Assembly (NCBI GenBank): GCA_010909165.1
Contig: VJWM01000103.1
Span: 496,001 to 560,000, forward strand
Length of the DNA stretch: 64,000 nt
Source of the DNA: Anthoceros angustus
Taxonomy: Eukaryota; Plantae; Anthocerotophyta
Direction: 5' to 3'
Made by a program: the position numbers and the translations under genes
The notes under the pieces: generated by a model
Told to the model about the DNA's origin: nothing
What the model saw: the letters and a program-made list of their open reading frames with translations, nothing else
Databases searched by the model: none
Shown: piece by piece, positions 48,666 to 58,859 of the stretch
Numbering within the stretch: the stretch's first letter is position 1
Layout: each line of letters opens with the position of its first letter

Positions 48666-50570
48666 TCATGTCGTCTTGGTGTTGGACGCCCTAGACTCGG
48701 ACCATCGTCCACGCTTCTGAATCAGACTTAGCTGATATTGCAGCTGTTCTTGCCGACCCCGCTTCTGAATCAGACTTGCCTGATATTGCAGCTGTTCTTG
48801 CGAACCACGTTTCAGACTTGGTTGGTATTGCAGCTGTTCTTGCTGGTTCGCATGCAGCAGTTGCTGCTGCTGTCGGTGCTGATTCATGTGGAGCGGATTC
48901 AGCTGTTCTCGCTTCGTGTGAAGCTGCTGCTGATGCTCTTGGTGCTGGTGCATGCCAAGCGCATTCTGGTGTTTTCGCTCCCCATGAAGCTGCTGCTGTT
49001 GTTGGTGCTGGTGCATGCTAAGCGGGTTCTGGTGTTCTCGCTCCCTATGAAGCTGCTGTTGCTGTTGGTGCGCTTCCTGCTGGTTCGGGACAAGCTGCTG
49101 TTCCTGCTGTTGGAACTGGTTCAAAAGATTCTGCTGCTGCTGCTGGGTCAAAAGATTCTGCTGAAGCTGCTGTTGGTGCTGGCCGTGGTTCAAGCGGAGC
49201 TGCTTTTGCTGTGCTTGCTGGTTCGGATGGAACTGCTGCTGGTGGCCGTTCAAAAGATTCTGGAACTGGTTTTGCTGTTCCTGCTGGCTCGGATGCGGCT
49301 GCTGCTGCTGCTGTTGGTGAAAGTTCACAGGAAACTGGCCGCTTTGCTGTTCTGGCCCATTCCGATTCACATTCAGAATCTGCTGTTGCTGTTCTTGCTG
49401 TTCCCGCATTTGCTGATCCCGCATTTGCTGATACAGCATTAAATTACGCGGGGGTACATTCTCCCACCTATAACTCTGCTGCGGTACAAGCTGCTGCTGC
49501 TGCTGCATGCCGGAGGAAGAAGCCGAAAACGGAAAGAACTGCATGTGCTGCATGTGCAGCAGTTTGTTTAAGGTGAGACCCTGATGCATCTGAGGATAAT
49601 TCTGGTGCATGCCGGCTGCCAATGCGGAATCCGCTCCAGTCGACTCCAGCACCGCGCCGTCTCCCCCTGCGCCACCCCTGGCCGTGTCCAAGGCCGCCTG
49701 CAAATACTGCTCCCCACCGGCCTCGAACGACATCTGCCCCAGGCATGCACCACCACTCGCACAGCTCGCCTGCTGGATCTGGAGCCTCGCCTGCTCCTCA
49801 CAATGAATCTGCTCCATCTGCTCCAGCCTTGCGTACACCATGTCGCGCTTCTGCTGTACCTCATCCATTAGAGTCCGCAGCTGCACAACGTTGCACTGGC
49901 TCAGCATCTCGTACCCCTGCTGGTCGCACCCCTGGTCCTGTGTAATCTTGTCATTCGATTCCCGCAACTGCATGCAACATGCACTAGCGTCAAAACAACA
50001 AAAACAATTTCCCGCCCCGCAAGCATCAACCGGAGCTGCCCTGACGTGCGCATGGAAACCGAATCCCACCTGCCTCAGCTCTCCTGCGTGCTTCTTGATG
50101 ATCAACTCCAGCATAGACGTGTTGTCCATCTTCCTCTTGTCCTGCTCTTCCTTAGAGATGGCTTTGTAACGCCTGATTACATGGTCGGCGCTCGGATTGC
50201 CCCAGAACAGATTGTTATTCTGATTGTTATTCTGCTTGTCGGTGCCCGTGCTGGCGCCGTAGCAAACGAGGCATATCTCCACCTCGCACAGCACCGCCAG
50301 CTCCTCCACCTTCTTCCTTAGCCCCTTCTTCCGCTTCGTGAAGGTGGTCTGCCGCTGGTGGTCGTTCACGATGGGCTTGATCACGATCTTGGCCCGGCCT
50401 GGGCCTGGCTTCCCCTTCTCCCCGCCACCACCACAACCTCCTCTTCTCGCGCCACCTGAAGCAGCAACGGTACCAGCGCCAGCAGCACCAGCACCAGCAA
50501 CAGCACCAGCAGAATCACCAATCGCAATCCCCCGGGACCCCCGACCCCGCGGGGGCGATAATCTCGTCAT
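48666..50570 (-). CDS. Type I MADS-box transcription factor with a long Gln/His-rich low-complexity C-terminus; probable 102-nt intron at 49968-50069
   Basis: MADS box 'GRAKIVIKPIVNDHQRQTTFTKRKKGLRKKVEELAVLCEVEICLVCYG'; no K-box exon structure; repetitive Q-rich tail. Confidence 0.88.
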   Translation of the reverse strand: MTRLSPPRGRGSRGIAIGDSAGAVAGAGAAGAGTVAASGGARRGGCGGGGEKGKPGPGRAKIVIKPIVNDHQRQTTFTKRKKGLRKKVEELAVLCEVEICLVCYGASTGTDKQNNNQNNNLFWGNPSADHVIRRYKAISKEEQDKRKMDNTSMLELIIKKHAGELRQVGFGFHAHVRAAPVDACGAGNCFCCFDASACCMQLRESNDKITQDQGCDQQGYEMLSQCNVVQLRTLMDEVQQKRDMVYARLEQMEQIHCEEQARLQIQQASCASGGACLGQMSFEAGGEQYLQAALDTARGGAGGDGAVLESTGADSALAAGMHQNYPQMHQGLTLNKLLHMQHMQFFPFSASSSGMQQQQQLVPQQSYRWENVPPRNLMLYQQMRDQQMREQQEQQQQILNVNRNGPEQQSGQFPVNFHQQQQQQPHPSQQEQQNQFQNLLNGHQQQFHPNQQAQQKQLRLNHGQHQQQLQQNLLTQQQQQNLLNQFQQQEQQLVPNQQEAHQQQQQLHREREHQNPLSMHQHQQQQQLHGERKHQNALGMHQHQEHQQQLHTKREQLNPLHMNQHRQQQQLLHANQQEQLQYQPSLKRGSQEQLQYQASLIQKRGRQEQLQYQLSLIQKRGRWSESRASNTKTT

Positions 50571-51115
50571 CGCTCGCAAGCTCAGACGGGACTCAGCAAC
50601 TGCATGCATCCGGTTCCAAAGCCAACCTCAGGCGAAGGGCGCGCAGGAAGACGTGCTTGAGGCCCAAATTAATCTGCTCACGACCGAAAGGCAAGCCAGC
50701 TGCAGCCTCTGCATGTCAATCACACGGTTGGGACTGCCAGTTCGGGACTCGCTGCCTCCGCCAGAAGCAGGGGCCCCGCCACGGCCTTCCCGGCTCTGAG
50801 CCAGCGTGTCAGAGTGTACATATCCAGATCCCGGGCCCTGGCGGCTGCAAAGGCAGATGCCGCCGTGCCTTTGGTGCGAGCTCGCTGTGGCAGCAAATCT
50901 TGAATCCCTCTACAAATTCTGATCCCATAGCTTGGGCTCTTTCTTCCCTTGTTCTCACGATCCACTGTTGAGGGCACATCCGCAATCGGCATCCATGCGG
51001 GGGCCGCTCTTCTGGTGCTCCCTCTGCTGCTTCGGCCTCTGCTACCTGTGTTGCCGACCTCGGAGGAGGCGGCGCCCGCAGCATCCCGCCTACCTCTACT
51101 GATCACCGCGGAGGA

Positions 51116-52191
51116 ATGATATTCCTGCTCTGTTCGATCTGCTTCCATGTCATCGGGGCGGTGACGCGGCCCTTCCGGAGCTTCGTGGTCGGCGCATTGC
51201 ACATCTATGTTTCGGCCTGGCTTCTGTTCCTCAACTCAGCCATCCGGATTGTCACCGCGCCGCTTCGGATCGTGGCCGCGGCCAACAGATTAAAGCTGGT
51301 TTGTGATCACCGCGTTTGTCCGTTGGCTTTGGTGCCGGATGTCGGAGGTTTCTCACCTAACTTCCGCAGGTGGAGGAAGAACTGCTGCTCACGCAGTGTT
51401 ATGGAGAACAGCTTCTGGAGCAGAATAGGGCTTTAGAGAGGAAGCTGATTGAAATCTCCAAGGATCGGCAGCGCGTGCAAGAGGCCTTGGACCTGGTGGT
51501 GGTGGAGAGGAAGAAATGTTATGACAAGCTCAGACTTCTCATCGTCCGTGTAAGTTAGCCCTGTGCCCTAGTTGAGTTTTGCTTGCCTGCGAGCTGCGAG
51601 CTGCGAGCTGCGAGCTGCGAGCTCCGGGCTCCTGCTCATGGATTGGATTGCCTTCAGGAGGAGGAGCTGGTGGCAGAGAATCGCAAGCTGGATGAGGCCA
51701 GGAAGCAGCAGCAGCTCAAGGCTGAGGCGCAGAGGGATGAGGCTCACCACCACAAGGAGAGTAGGGAAGGGGAGGGACAGGCCCGGGGCCCCTTGAGCAG
51801 TCTGTCCGCAACTTTGGATGATACCCTCGTGTTGCAGGGAAGGGATAAAGCCATGGCCTCTAGCTTCTTCAGTGCAGCTCTAGCCTTGCTGGTGTCACTC
51901 ATTGTGTGGGAAGCTGAGGATCCGTGTTTGCCTCTGGTGGTTGCCCTCTTCTCCGTGGTGGCCGTGTCCTTGGCCAATGTCACTCAATTCCTCACCAAGC
52001 TGGACGCTAAACATGGATTTGATGCAATTGCTCTCATGAGCTTCAACTGGTTCATTCTGGGGACTTTGGCTTGCCCCGCTTTTCCTCACGTGGCCCGCTG
52101 GTTACTTGGTTCGTCTGGCGTGCTCAAGGTGACTGCGGGATGGTTTGGTGTGTCTCTTTTAGAGGATGTCGGGCTCACCGAAGCTATGTAG
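51116..52191 (+). CDS. Coiled-coil protein with C-terminal transmembrane helices, 3 exons; start uncertain
   Basis: Hydrophobic N-terminus, coiled-coil exons, 'WEAEDPCLPLVVALFSVV...DAIALMSFNWFILGTL', which I recall from a conserved uncharacterised plant family. Confidence 0.7.
51589..51623. repeat. (TGCGAGC)n 7-bp intronic tandem repeat x5
   Basis: tgcgagctgcgagctgcgagctgcgagctgcgagct. Confidence 0.9.
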
Positions 52192-52800
52192 CCTAGCCTC
52201 TCTTTGGATTGGATCCTAGCAGGCGTCTGTCTCTGATTTACACAAACGGTGTCTGTACATATCCGGGTAACATTAGAATTAGCAGTCGCTGTATCAGACA
52301 CTCACAATTGGTGTGCTGCTCAAGTCTGGTTAGGTACCTAATGAAAAACATTTTTCTTCCGAAGACCTACCACCAGCCTAGTACCGACCGTTTGGCCGAC
52401 TCGCCACGAAGTCTCCACGCTGCGATTGCATGGAACATGTTAGACCTCTGCCACAGGCACACGTCAAGCCTACCAATTCCTCACCCAGCAAGAGATTAGT
52501 CGAACATGCTGTCAGTCCACCCTGCAAGGAGTGGCATTCAGACATGAGACAAACATGCTTCCAGTCCCTGCTTGTGCTGCTTCCTTGTTCCCTCCGAGAT
52601 CCAGTACCAAGCCTGAAGCGTGGTTGAAGCCGCTAGCCTGCTTATCTTATAGAAACACATCGTGAGAAGCGCTCCTGCTCACCCTTTTGGGAGAAGGAAG
52701 CAGCACATTGCAATCGTGTTTCCCTTTACCGAGACTAGTCGCCAGGAGCTATTGTGGAGGCAATGCCTTCTCAACCCCACAATTTGGTAGGGTACCGGCG

Positions 52801-55077
52801 ATGCGAAGCTGGCTGCTCTTCAAATGCACAAGGGTGGTGGTGCACCTCCATACAACTGGAGCATGCCGGATGATTGCGTCCCTGGCAAGGGCACAGAACA
52901 CGGATTGGGCAATTACGGGTGAAATTGTGCGCAAACTATGTGAGCAGGGGAAGCTCACCGAGGCGGTCGAGGCTCTGGGAGTTCTGGTGCAGGGAGAGAG
53001 ATGTGTTTCCAGTTCTCTGCTTTATACTGTCCTGAAGAGATGTGTGGCCCAGCAGCATCTTGTTCTGGGTCGCTTGGTGCACGCATTCACGGTGAAGAAG
53101 GGGTATCAGTCGGATACGTTCTTATGCAACCAGATCCTGCGAATGTATGCTTCTCACGGCAGGTTACGAGAGGCGATGGATGTCTTCACCGTGGTTGCCA
53201 AACCAGATGCCTTCATGTGGTCTTCCATCATTTCTGCACATGTGAAACACGGACAAGACAAGCTTGCCATCCAGCTGTATCATGGGATGCGCAGGTCCAG
53301 CGTGAAGCCAGATGGCCATGTGTTTGTGGCAGCCCTTCAGGCTTGTGCAAAAGGGGCGGACTTGAAATCTGGCCAGCAGGTGCATGCTGACCTGTTAGCC
53401 AGTGGCCGAGAGCCCCAGTTGTTTGTCTGTAATTCCTTGGTAAACATGTACGCGAGGTGTGGCATGGGTCACGAGGCCCTTCGTCTCTACAGTGCTTTGC
53501 GAGAAGAGGGCATGCCTGCACCCGATTCCGTGACATTTGTGTGCCTCCTGCACGCTTGTGCAACTGTGGGCACGCAGGCTTTGGAGAAGGGGAAGGAGCT
53601 TCATGCACAACTTAGAGAAGGTGGTCTTCACGCTGATGTCTTTGTTGGCAGCAGTTTGGTAAACATGTACGCAAAGTGTGGCAGCTTGGAACATGCTCAG
53701 ATAGTGTTCGATGAACTTGGCCAGAAAAATATTGTGACGTGGACCACTTTGATAGCAGGGTATTCCCAGCAGGGCAGGGGCCAGGAAGCTCTTACCCTCT
53801 ACACGGCGATGCAAGAAGAGGGCATGGCTGCACCTGATTCAGTGACATTTGTGTGCCTCCTGCAGGCATGTGCAAGTGTGGGAACCCCAGCTTTGGAGAA
53901 AGGTAAGCAGCTTCATGCGCAAATTAGAGAACAAGGACATGAAGGTGATGCATTTGTAGCCAGCAGTTTGGTAAACATGTATGCAAAGTGCTGCAGCTTG
54001 GAAGACGCCCAACGAGTCTTCGACGGACTTGGTGAGAAAAATGTGGTCACGTGGAACGCCATGATAGCAGGATATGCCCAGCAGAGCATGGGGCAGGAAG
54101 CCCTTCGTCTTTACATGGCTATGCAAGAAGAAGGCAAAGCTGCACCAGATGCTGCGACATTTGTGAGCCTCCTGCAGGCTTGTGCTAGTGTGGCGGCTTT
54201 GGATCTGGGAAGACAGTTCCATGCCCAGATTAAAGAGAAAGGGCTTCAAGCTGATGTGCCTGTTGCCAGCAGTTTGATAAACATGTATGGAAAGTCAGGG
54301 AGCATGGTTGACGCACAACAGGTGTTTGATGCTTTGCCTGAAAGAGATGTTGTCACCTGGAGTGCACTGATTGCAGGCTACACCTGTCAAGGAGACAGTG
54401 ATGCAGTCTTCGACTTGGTCCAGAGAATGAGGGACGATGGGATACAGCCAAAAGGCATCACATTCTTGAGTGTACTAACAGTATGCAGTCACGTGGGTCT
54501 GGTGACCAAGGGCCGAGAGTATTTCGAGGCAATGCGCAGCCAATATGGGATCTGTCCGACAGTGGAACACTACTCGTGCATGGTAGATCTCCTGGGTCGT
54601 GCAGGCCAGCTGGATGAGTCACTAGGACTGGTAAGGGCAATGCCTGTGCAGCCTGATGCAGCACTTTGGCTCACTCTTTTGGGTGCTTGTCGGAAGTGGG
54701 GCAACGTGGAGATGGGACGCCATGCTTTCGACGAAGCAGTGAAGCTAGACAAGAAAGACTCCGCAGCATATGTGCTGATGTCAAACATATACACCGATGC
54801 GCAGATGTGGAAGCAAGCTCAGGAGATGCAAGCGTCCAGGAAAGTAATTGGGGCATGGAAGCAGCCTGGCCAGAGCTGGTGGACAGATATGGATGGACTG
54901 ATGCATACTTTTCTAGCTGGCCATGTGAAGCATCCCGAGAGCGGTGGTGTATATGAGAGGCTGAGACAGATCCATTCCAAAATAAAGAAAGAGCCTCAAT
55001 TGAACGCCTCCCATGATGATAAGGAAGCTCTTTTGTGTGAGCGTATGCTTTCAATTCAAACTCCTCCAATACACTGA
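52801..55077 (+). CDS. PLS-class PPR protein (~16 motifs, E1, E2, WW-type PG box, degenerate DYW start); paralogue of 45917-48403
   Basis: Same N-terminal block as PPR1; 'PGQSWWTDMDG...KEALLCERM..' then stop. Arg/Ser-rich, acid-poor presequence from ATG 52801. Confidence 0.93.
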   Translation: MRSWLLFKCTRVVVHLHTTGACRMIASLARAQNTDWAITGEIVRKLCEQGKLTEAVEALGVLVQGERCVSSSLLYTVLKRCVAQQHLVLGRLVHAFTVKKGYQSDTFLCNQILRMYASHGRLREAMDVFTVVAKPDAFMWSSIISAHVKHGQDKLAIQLYHGMRRSSVKPDGHVFVAALQACAKGADLKSGQQVHADLLASGREPQLFVCNSLVNMYARCGMGHEALRLYSALREEGMPAPDSVTFVCLLHACATVGTQALEKGKELHAQLREGGLHADVFVGSSLVNMYAKCGSLEHAQIVFDELGQKNIVTWTTLIAGYSQQGRGQEALTLYTAMQEEGMAAPDSVTFVCLLQACASVGTPALEKGKQLHAQIREQGHEGDAFVASSLVNMYAKCCSLEDAQRVFDGLGEKNVVTWNAMIAGYAQQSMGQEALRLYMAMQEEGKAAPDAATFVSLLQACASVAALDLGRQFHAQIKEKGLQADVPVASSLINMYGKSGSMVDAQQVFDALPERDVVTWSALIAGYTCQGDSDAVFDLVQRMRDDGIQPKGITFLSVLTVCSHVGLVTKGREYFEAMRSQYGICPTVEHYSCMVDLLGRAGQLDESLGLVRAMPVQPDAALWLTLLGACRKWGNVEMGRHAFDEAVKLDKKDSAAYVLMSNIYTDAQMWKQAQEMQASRKVIGAWKQPGQSWWTDMDGLMHTFLAGHVKHPESGGVYERLRQIHSKIKKEPQLNASHDDKEALLCERMLSIQTPPIH

Positions 55078-55416
55078 TAACCTTCTTGAGTTGATTCGTG
55101 ATGTGGAAGAAAAACTGATTGTGTCTCCCACAGAGCCCGCACTACAAATTAGAAAACACAAACTGGACTCTAGTCTGTGCAGAGCACCTTTCGGTTTGAT
55201 TTGTAAAGTACAACATGGCAAGTTCAAGCATAACTAAGTTAAAGGAAATGGGCATCTTAACGAGGACAGATGCAACCGAAAACTGTGCAGCCTGACAAAC
55301 ACGTTTGTCCAGCCACACAATCAGAAGGTGTATTTGAGTTGTCTCTACAGTAAGCCGTGACAAAATCGGGATCCATGTTAGTTAAATAGCAAGTCAGTCA
55401 ATTCAGCAACCAAAGC

Positions 55417-56436
55417 CTAGTCTACAATCCCACTAACCGCTTCTACATCCACATCACCCATTCCTGTATCCTCCTCTTCTTCGCTGTCAAGGTCGCCGTC
55501 AACCTCACGATTAGCATCTCCAAGCTTCTGCAATGTCTCCGCCAGTAGTCTGTCATCTCTCTCACTCACAGCCCTCGGTGGCTCCTTCACGGTGAGTTTT
55601 CCAAGGTGCTTCTCAATTTCCTTTGTACAAGATTCCACGGCTGCATTGAGCACCTCCAAGCCAAGATCCTTGTCGAGAGTCTGAGTTGTAAGGACATACA
55701 AAGGTGGAGCAACGAGCTTGATCTTGACAGGGCACTCCGTTGTTCCAGCTCTCTCAGCGGCTCTCATAGCATCTTTGATATGCAGCACACCATCATACTG
55801 GAAACACTTGAGCTCAATATCAGCACGGATCTTCAAGGGCTGAGGGGTCATCCTCCGCCTGATGTTCTTAATCAAGGCTTCCTTCACCTCCTCTGTCATG
55901 GCAGGCTCGGTTTTGGTCACCGTCTGTCCATCTGCACCAACTTCTGTCACTTCCTTTGAGAGGCCATTCAGCACAGAGTCAGGATCAGCCACAACCTGCT
56001 TGAAGGCCTCAAAAGCATGGCCATATCGCTTGTAGAGCGGCCAGGCCACATGGAGGTATAGATCCTCCAGATCAGCTTCCATTGTCTCTGCAACGTGCCT
56101 CATGATCGAGTGCACCAACTTGCTCTTGTTGTAGCGGTCTTCGCAGACACTGATGTCCTCTTCCGACACCCGCCGCTTGCTAAGATCAATGTAGCCCTTA
56201 TCCTTGTCCACCCTGAGCACCATCACCGGCTCCTGGCGGCCAACCTTGATGAGGCTGCTGATACTTCTGATACGGCGCCGTGACAGCTCCGACAACAAAA
56301 TCATGCCTTCAATGTTGTTGTACTCCAGCAGAGCAACATAGGCCCCCATCTCCGCGATATTCTTCACCTGCACCATCACCACATCATCCACCTCAGGAAA
56401 CCGCGCCTCATACATGCGGCAATCGGTGATCGTCAT
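55417..56436 (-). CDS. eIF2A: Eukaryotic translation initiation factor 2 alpha, intronless
   Basis: 'CRMYEARFPEVDD', 'EGMILLSELSRRRIRSI' (phospho-Ser loop), 'GYIDLSKRRV', 'PLYVL'. Confidence 0.96.
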   Translation of the reverse strand: MTITDCRMYEARFPEVDDVVMVQVKNIAEMGAYVALLEYNNIEGMILLSELSRRRIRSISSLIKVGRQEPVMVLRVDKDKGYIDLSKRRVSEEDISVCEDRYNKSKLVHSIMRHVAETMEADLEDLYLHVAWPLYKRYGHAFEAFKQVVADPDSVLNGLSKEVTEVGADGQTVTKTEPAMTEEVKEALIKNIRRRMTPQPLKIRADIELKCFQYDGVLHIKDAMRAAERAGTTECPVKIKLVAPPLYVLTTQTLDKDLGLEVLNAAVESCTKEIEKHLGKLTVKEPPRAVSERDDRLLAETLQKLGDANREVDGDLDSEEEEDTGMGDVDVEAVSGIVD

Positions 56437-56523
56437 GGTTGCTAGTCCGTCCGACGGGGGCGAAGCCGCCTTACACAACGCGGCATTTATCAGCTCACAC
56501 TGGACTGAACGTGGTGCCCTACT

Positions 56524-56599
56524 AAACCCTAACACACTCGAGGAAGTCTCGCGCGCCTGAAAATGGTCGACACTGTGATATTACTAGTAATAGGGTTTT
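56524..56599. promoter_or_regulatory. Two telo-box motifs in opposite orientation in the divergent eIF2A/GPN2 promoter
   Basis: AAACCCTAA at 56524-56532 and TAGGGTTTT at 56591-56599. Confidence 0.55.
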
Positions 56600-57008
56600 T
56601 TGGACTACGGTGAGTGTGGTCTTGGGTAGGTCGTTGATCAAATCGAGCTAAAGCCTAACTATATATGTGTCCGTTCTCCCCGCTTATTTGCCATGTCCAG
56701 TTGTGGCGAATATTGTCAGCGGGGCTGCCTTTGAGGGGAGAGTGAAAAATCGGTAGTACTCGCCCTGACGCAAACTGTGTCCTTGGCCTCTGGCCGTTTG
56801 TGACTATGTAGGTGAATTGTCTCGTCGAGCGAGATGGTTGTTCGAAGATGTTTTTGCTCTTGCCGCGTGCTTGCCTGCTAGTCCATGTTTCTTCCAATTT
56901 GACAACCTGCCTACTAGGTAGGTGAATGCCCTTCCTAAAAAATTGTGACTTCAACTGACAAGAAGCCTTTCACTCAAAGGACAGATTGAAGTGAAGAGGT
57001 GAGCGGGG

Positions 57009-58859
57009 ATGGTATACGGGCAGGTGGTTATAGGGCCCCCGGGCTCTGGAAAGACAACATACTGTAACGGGCTGTCACAGTTCCTGCGCCTCACGGGGAG
57101 GTATGTAGGAGGCGTTAAACCTTAAACCCTGTACGCAACGAGGTTCAACAGATTAATTCTGACGCAATCGTTGTGTGCAGGAAAGTGGCAGTTGTGAATC
57201 TCGATCCTGCAAATGATGAACTTCCGTATCCTCTCTGGAGATGTCGTCTGCCCCTAGGCTTGTGTGCAAGTTTTGCTAGTCCAGAGGTTAGAGTGATGTT
57301 TCATGTGGGGTTTGAGCTTATCCTTTGACCTATGGCTACTAGATACGAATGTGCTGTCGACATCGAGGAACTCATAAAGCTGGAAGATGTGATGCTGCAG
57401 CATGAGCTTGGACCCAATGGAGGTTTGTTCAGTTGGTTGTGTTGTCAGCCGGCAGCTGCCTGGAGTGACATATGTTTGTTGACCTTGCACTCTGGAAAGT
57501 GCAGGGTTGATCTTCTGCATGAACTATTTGGAGAAGAATTTGGACTGGTTGCAGGGAAAGTTAGAGCCACTCGCCAAAGGTGACTTATCTTCCCGGCACC
57601 TCACCCTTGCGGCTTATCTGAATGCTTTGATATCCTCTGTTTTTCTCGTCTTGGGGAAAAGGTGTGGTTTGTGGAGGAATTGTGCAACTGTGGAGAAGGG
57701 CCAAGCAAGATACTGTTTTCACGGCTGGGATTTGTTTGCAGATCACTACCTCCTTTTCGACTTTCCCGGTCAGGTGGAGCTCTTCACGTTACATTCAAGC
57801 TCAAAAAATGTGATCTCTCATATGGCAAATAAATGGGATTATCGGGTATGGGCTTGTTTTGCTCCAGCAGATGTGTTTGATCTGGATGTGGTGCGTTCCT
57901 ACAGTTGGAGTTGGTATGAGTCAGAATCCCAGTCTGCTGAAGCTCACTGTTATTGACAAGCATCATTGCAGTTGACTGCTGTCAACTTGATAGATTCCCA
58001 TCTCTGCAGCGATGCTGGGAAGTACGTTTCAGCTCTGCTCCTGTCCTTGACAACAATGCTCCATCTTGAACTACCTCATGTGAACGTTCTTTCCAAAATC
58101 GACCTGATTGAGAGTTACGGCAAACTAGGTGAGTATTCCGGATCTGTAGGTGCATTCCGTTTCAGTATCTTAGGTTGACAGCTCAAGCATGGCGCAGCCT
58201 ACACTTGGCTCAGAAGTGCTGTGAGTGTGCAGACTTCAATCTGGACTTTTACACCGACGTACAGGACTTATCATACCTCCAGCACCACTTAGATCAAAAC
58301 CCACGGTCTGCCAAGCACAGGTGAGAGTTTCCATAACTGCAATATGTGGAGGAGTAAGGGATATGGTGACGTGCACCCACTGAATCTCTCCTGGACAGAA
58401 AATTGACCGAGGCACTATGCGAAGTCGTCCAAGACTACGGCCTCGTGAGCTTCACAACTCTGCACATCGAGGTACAAGCAAGGCCTTTCCTATCCAACCA
58501 TCACCTGATATGAATCCTCCTTAAAACCCAAAACTCAACCACACACATGGCCCCCCAGGACAAGGAGAGCGTCATGGACCTGATGAAAATCATCGACAAG
58601 AGCAACGGCTATGTGTTCGCAGGCATCGAAGGCAACGTCAGCGAGTTCAGCAAAATCGCTGCCGCACCACTGAGCTGGGACTACTACAGATATCCTTTTC
58701 ACGCCCATGTTTTCCATCTCTCCCTTCTTTCTACATGGCAGACCAGAACATGGTGCCCTCCTTCACCCCATGTGAACATCCGCAGCAGTGCAGGTAAAGC
58801 ATATGAAGGACGAGGAGCTGGAGTGGGATGACGCCGAAGATGATGCCGGCACACCGTAA
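57009..58859 (+). CDS. GPN2: GPN-loop GTPase 2 (QQT1 orthologue), ~10 exons, all reading frames in phase
   Basis: 'GPPGSGKTT', 'NLDPAN', 'LGPNGG', '[10 protein letters not shown]', 'HVNVLSKID', C-terminal 'WDYYR/SAAVQ'. Confidence 0.95.
57226..57342 (+). other. Probable U12-type GT-AG intron in GPN2
   Basis: Donor GTATCCTC; branch-like TCCTTTGAC about 14 nt before the AG; splicing restores 'ELPYEC'. Confidence 0.72.
58690..58777 (+). other. U12-type AT-AC intron (88 nt) in GPN2
   Basis: Donor ATATCCTTTT, branch-like TCCTTCAC, acceptor GAAC|; splicing restores 'WDYYRSAAVQ'. Confidence 0.88.

Noticed and set aside
48738-49576. Leu-rich and Ala-rich ORFs overlapping the MADS tail
   Set aside because: Alternative frames of the CAG/CTG-rich repeat region; low-complexity artefacts.
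55013-55237. 74-aa ORF after PPR2 as a frameshifted DYW continuation
   Set aside because: No CxxC or DYW-like C-terminal motifs; probably overlaps the eIF2A 3' UTR.
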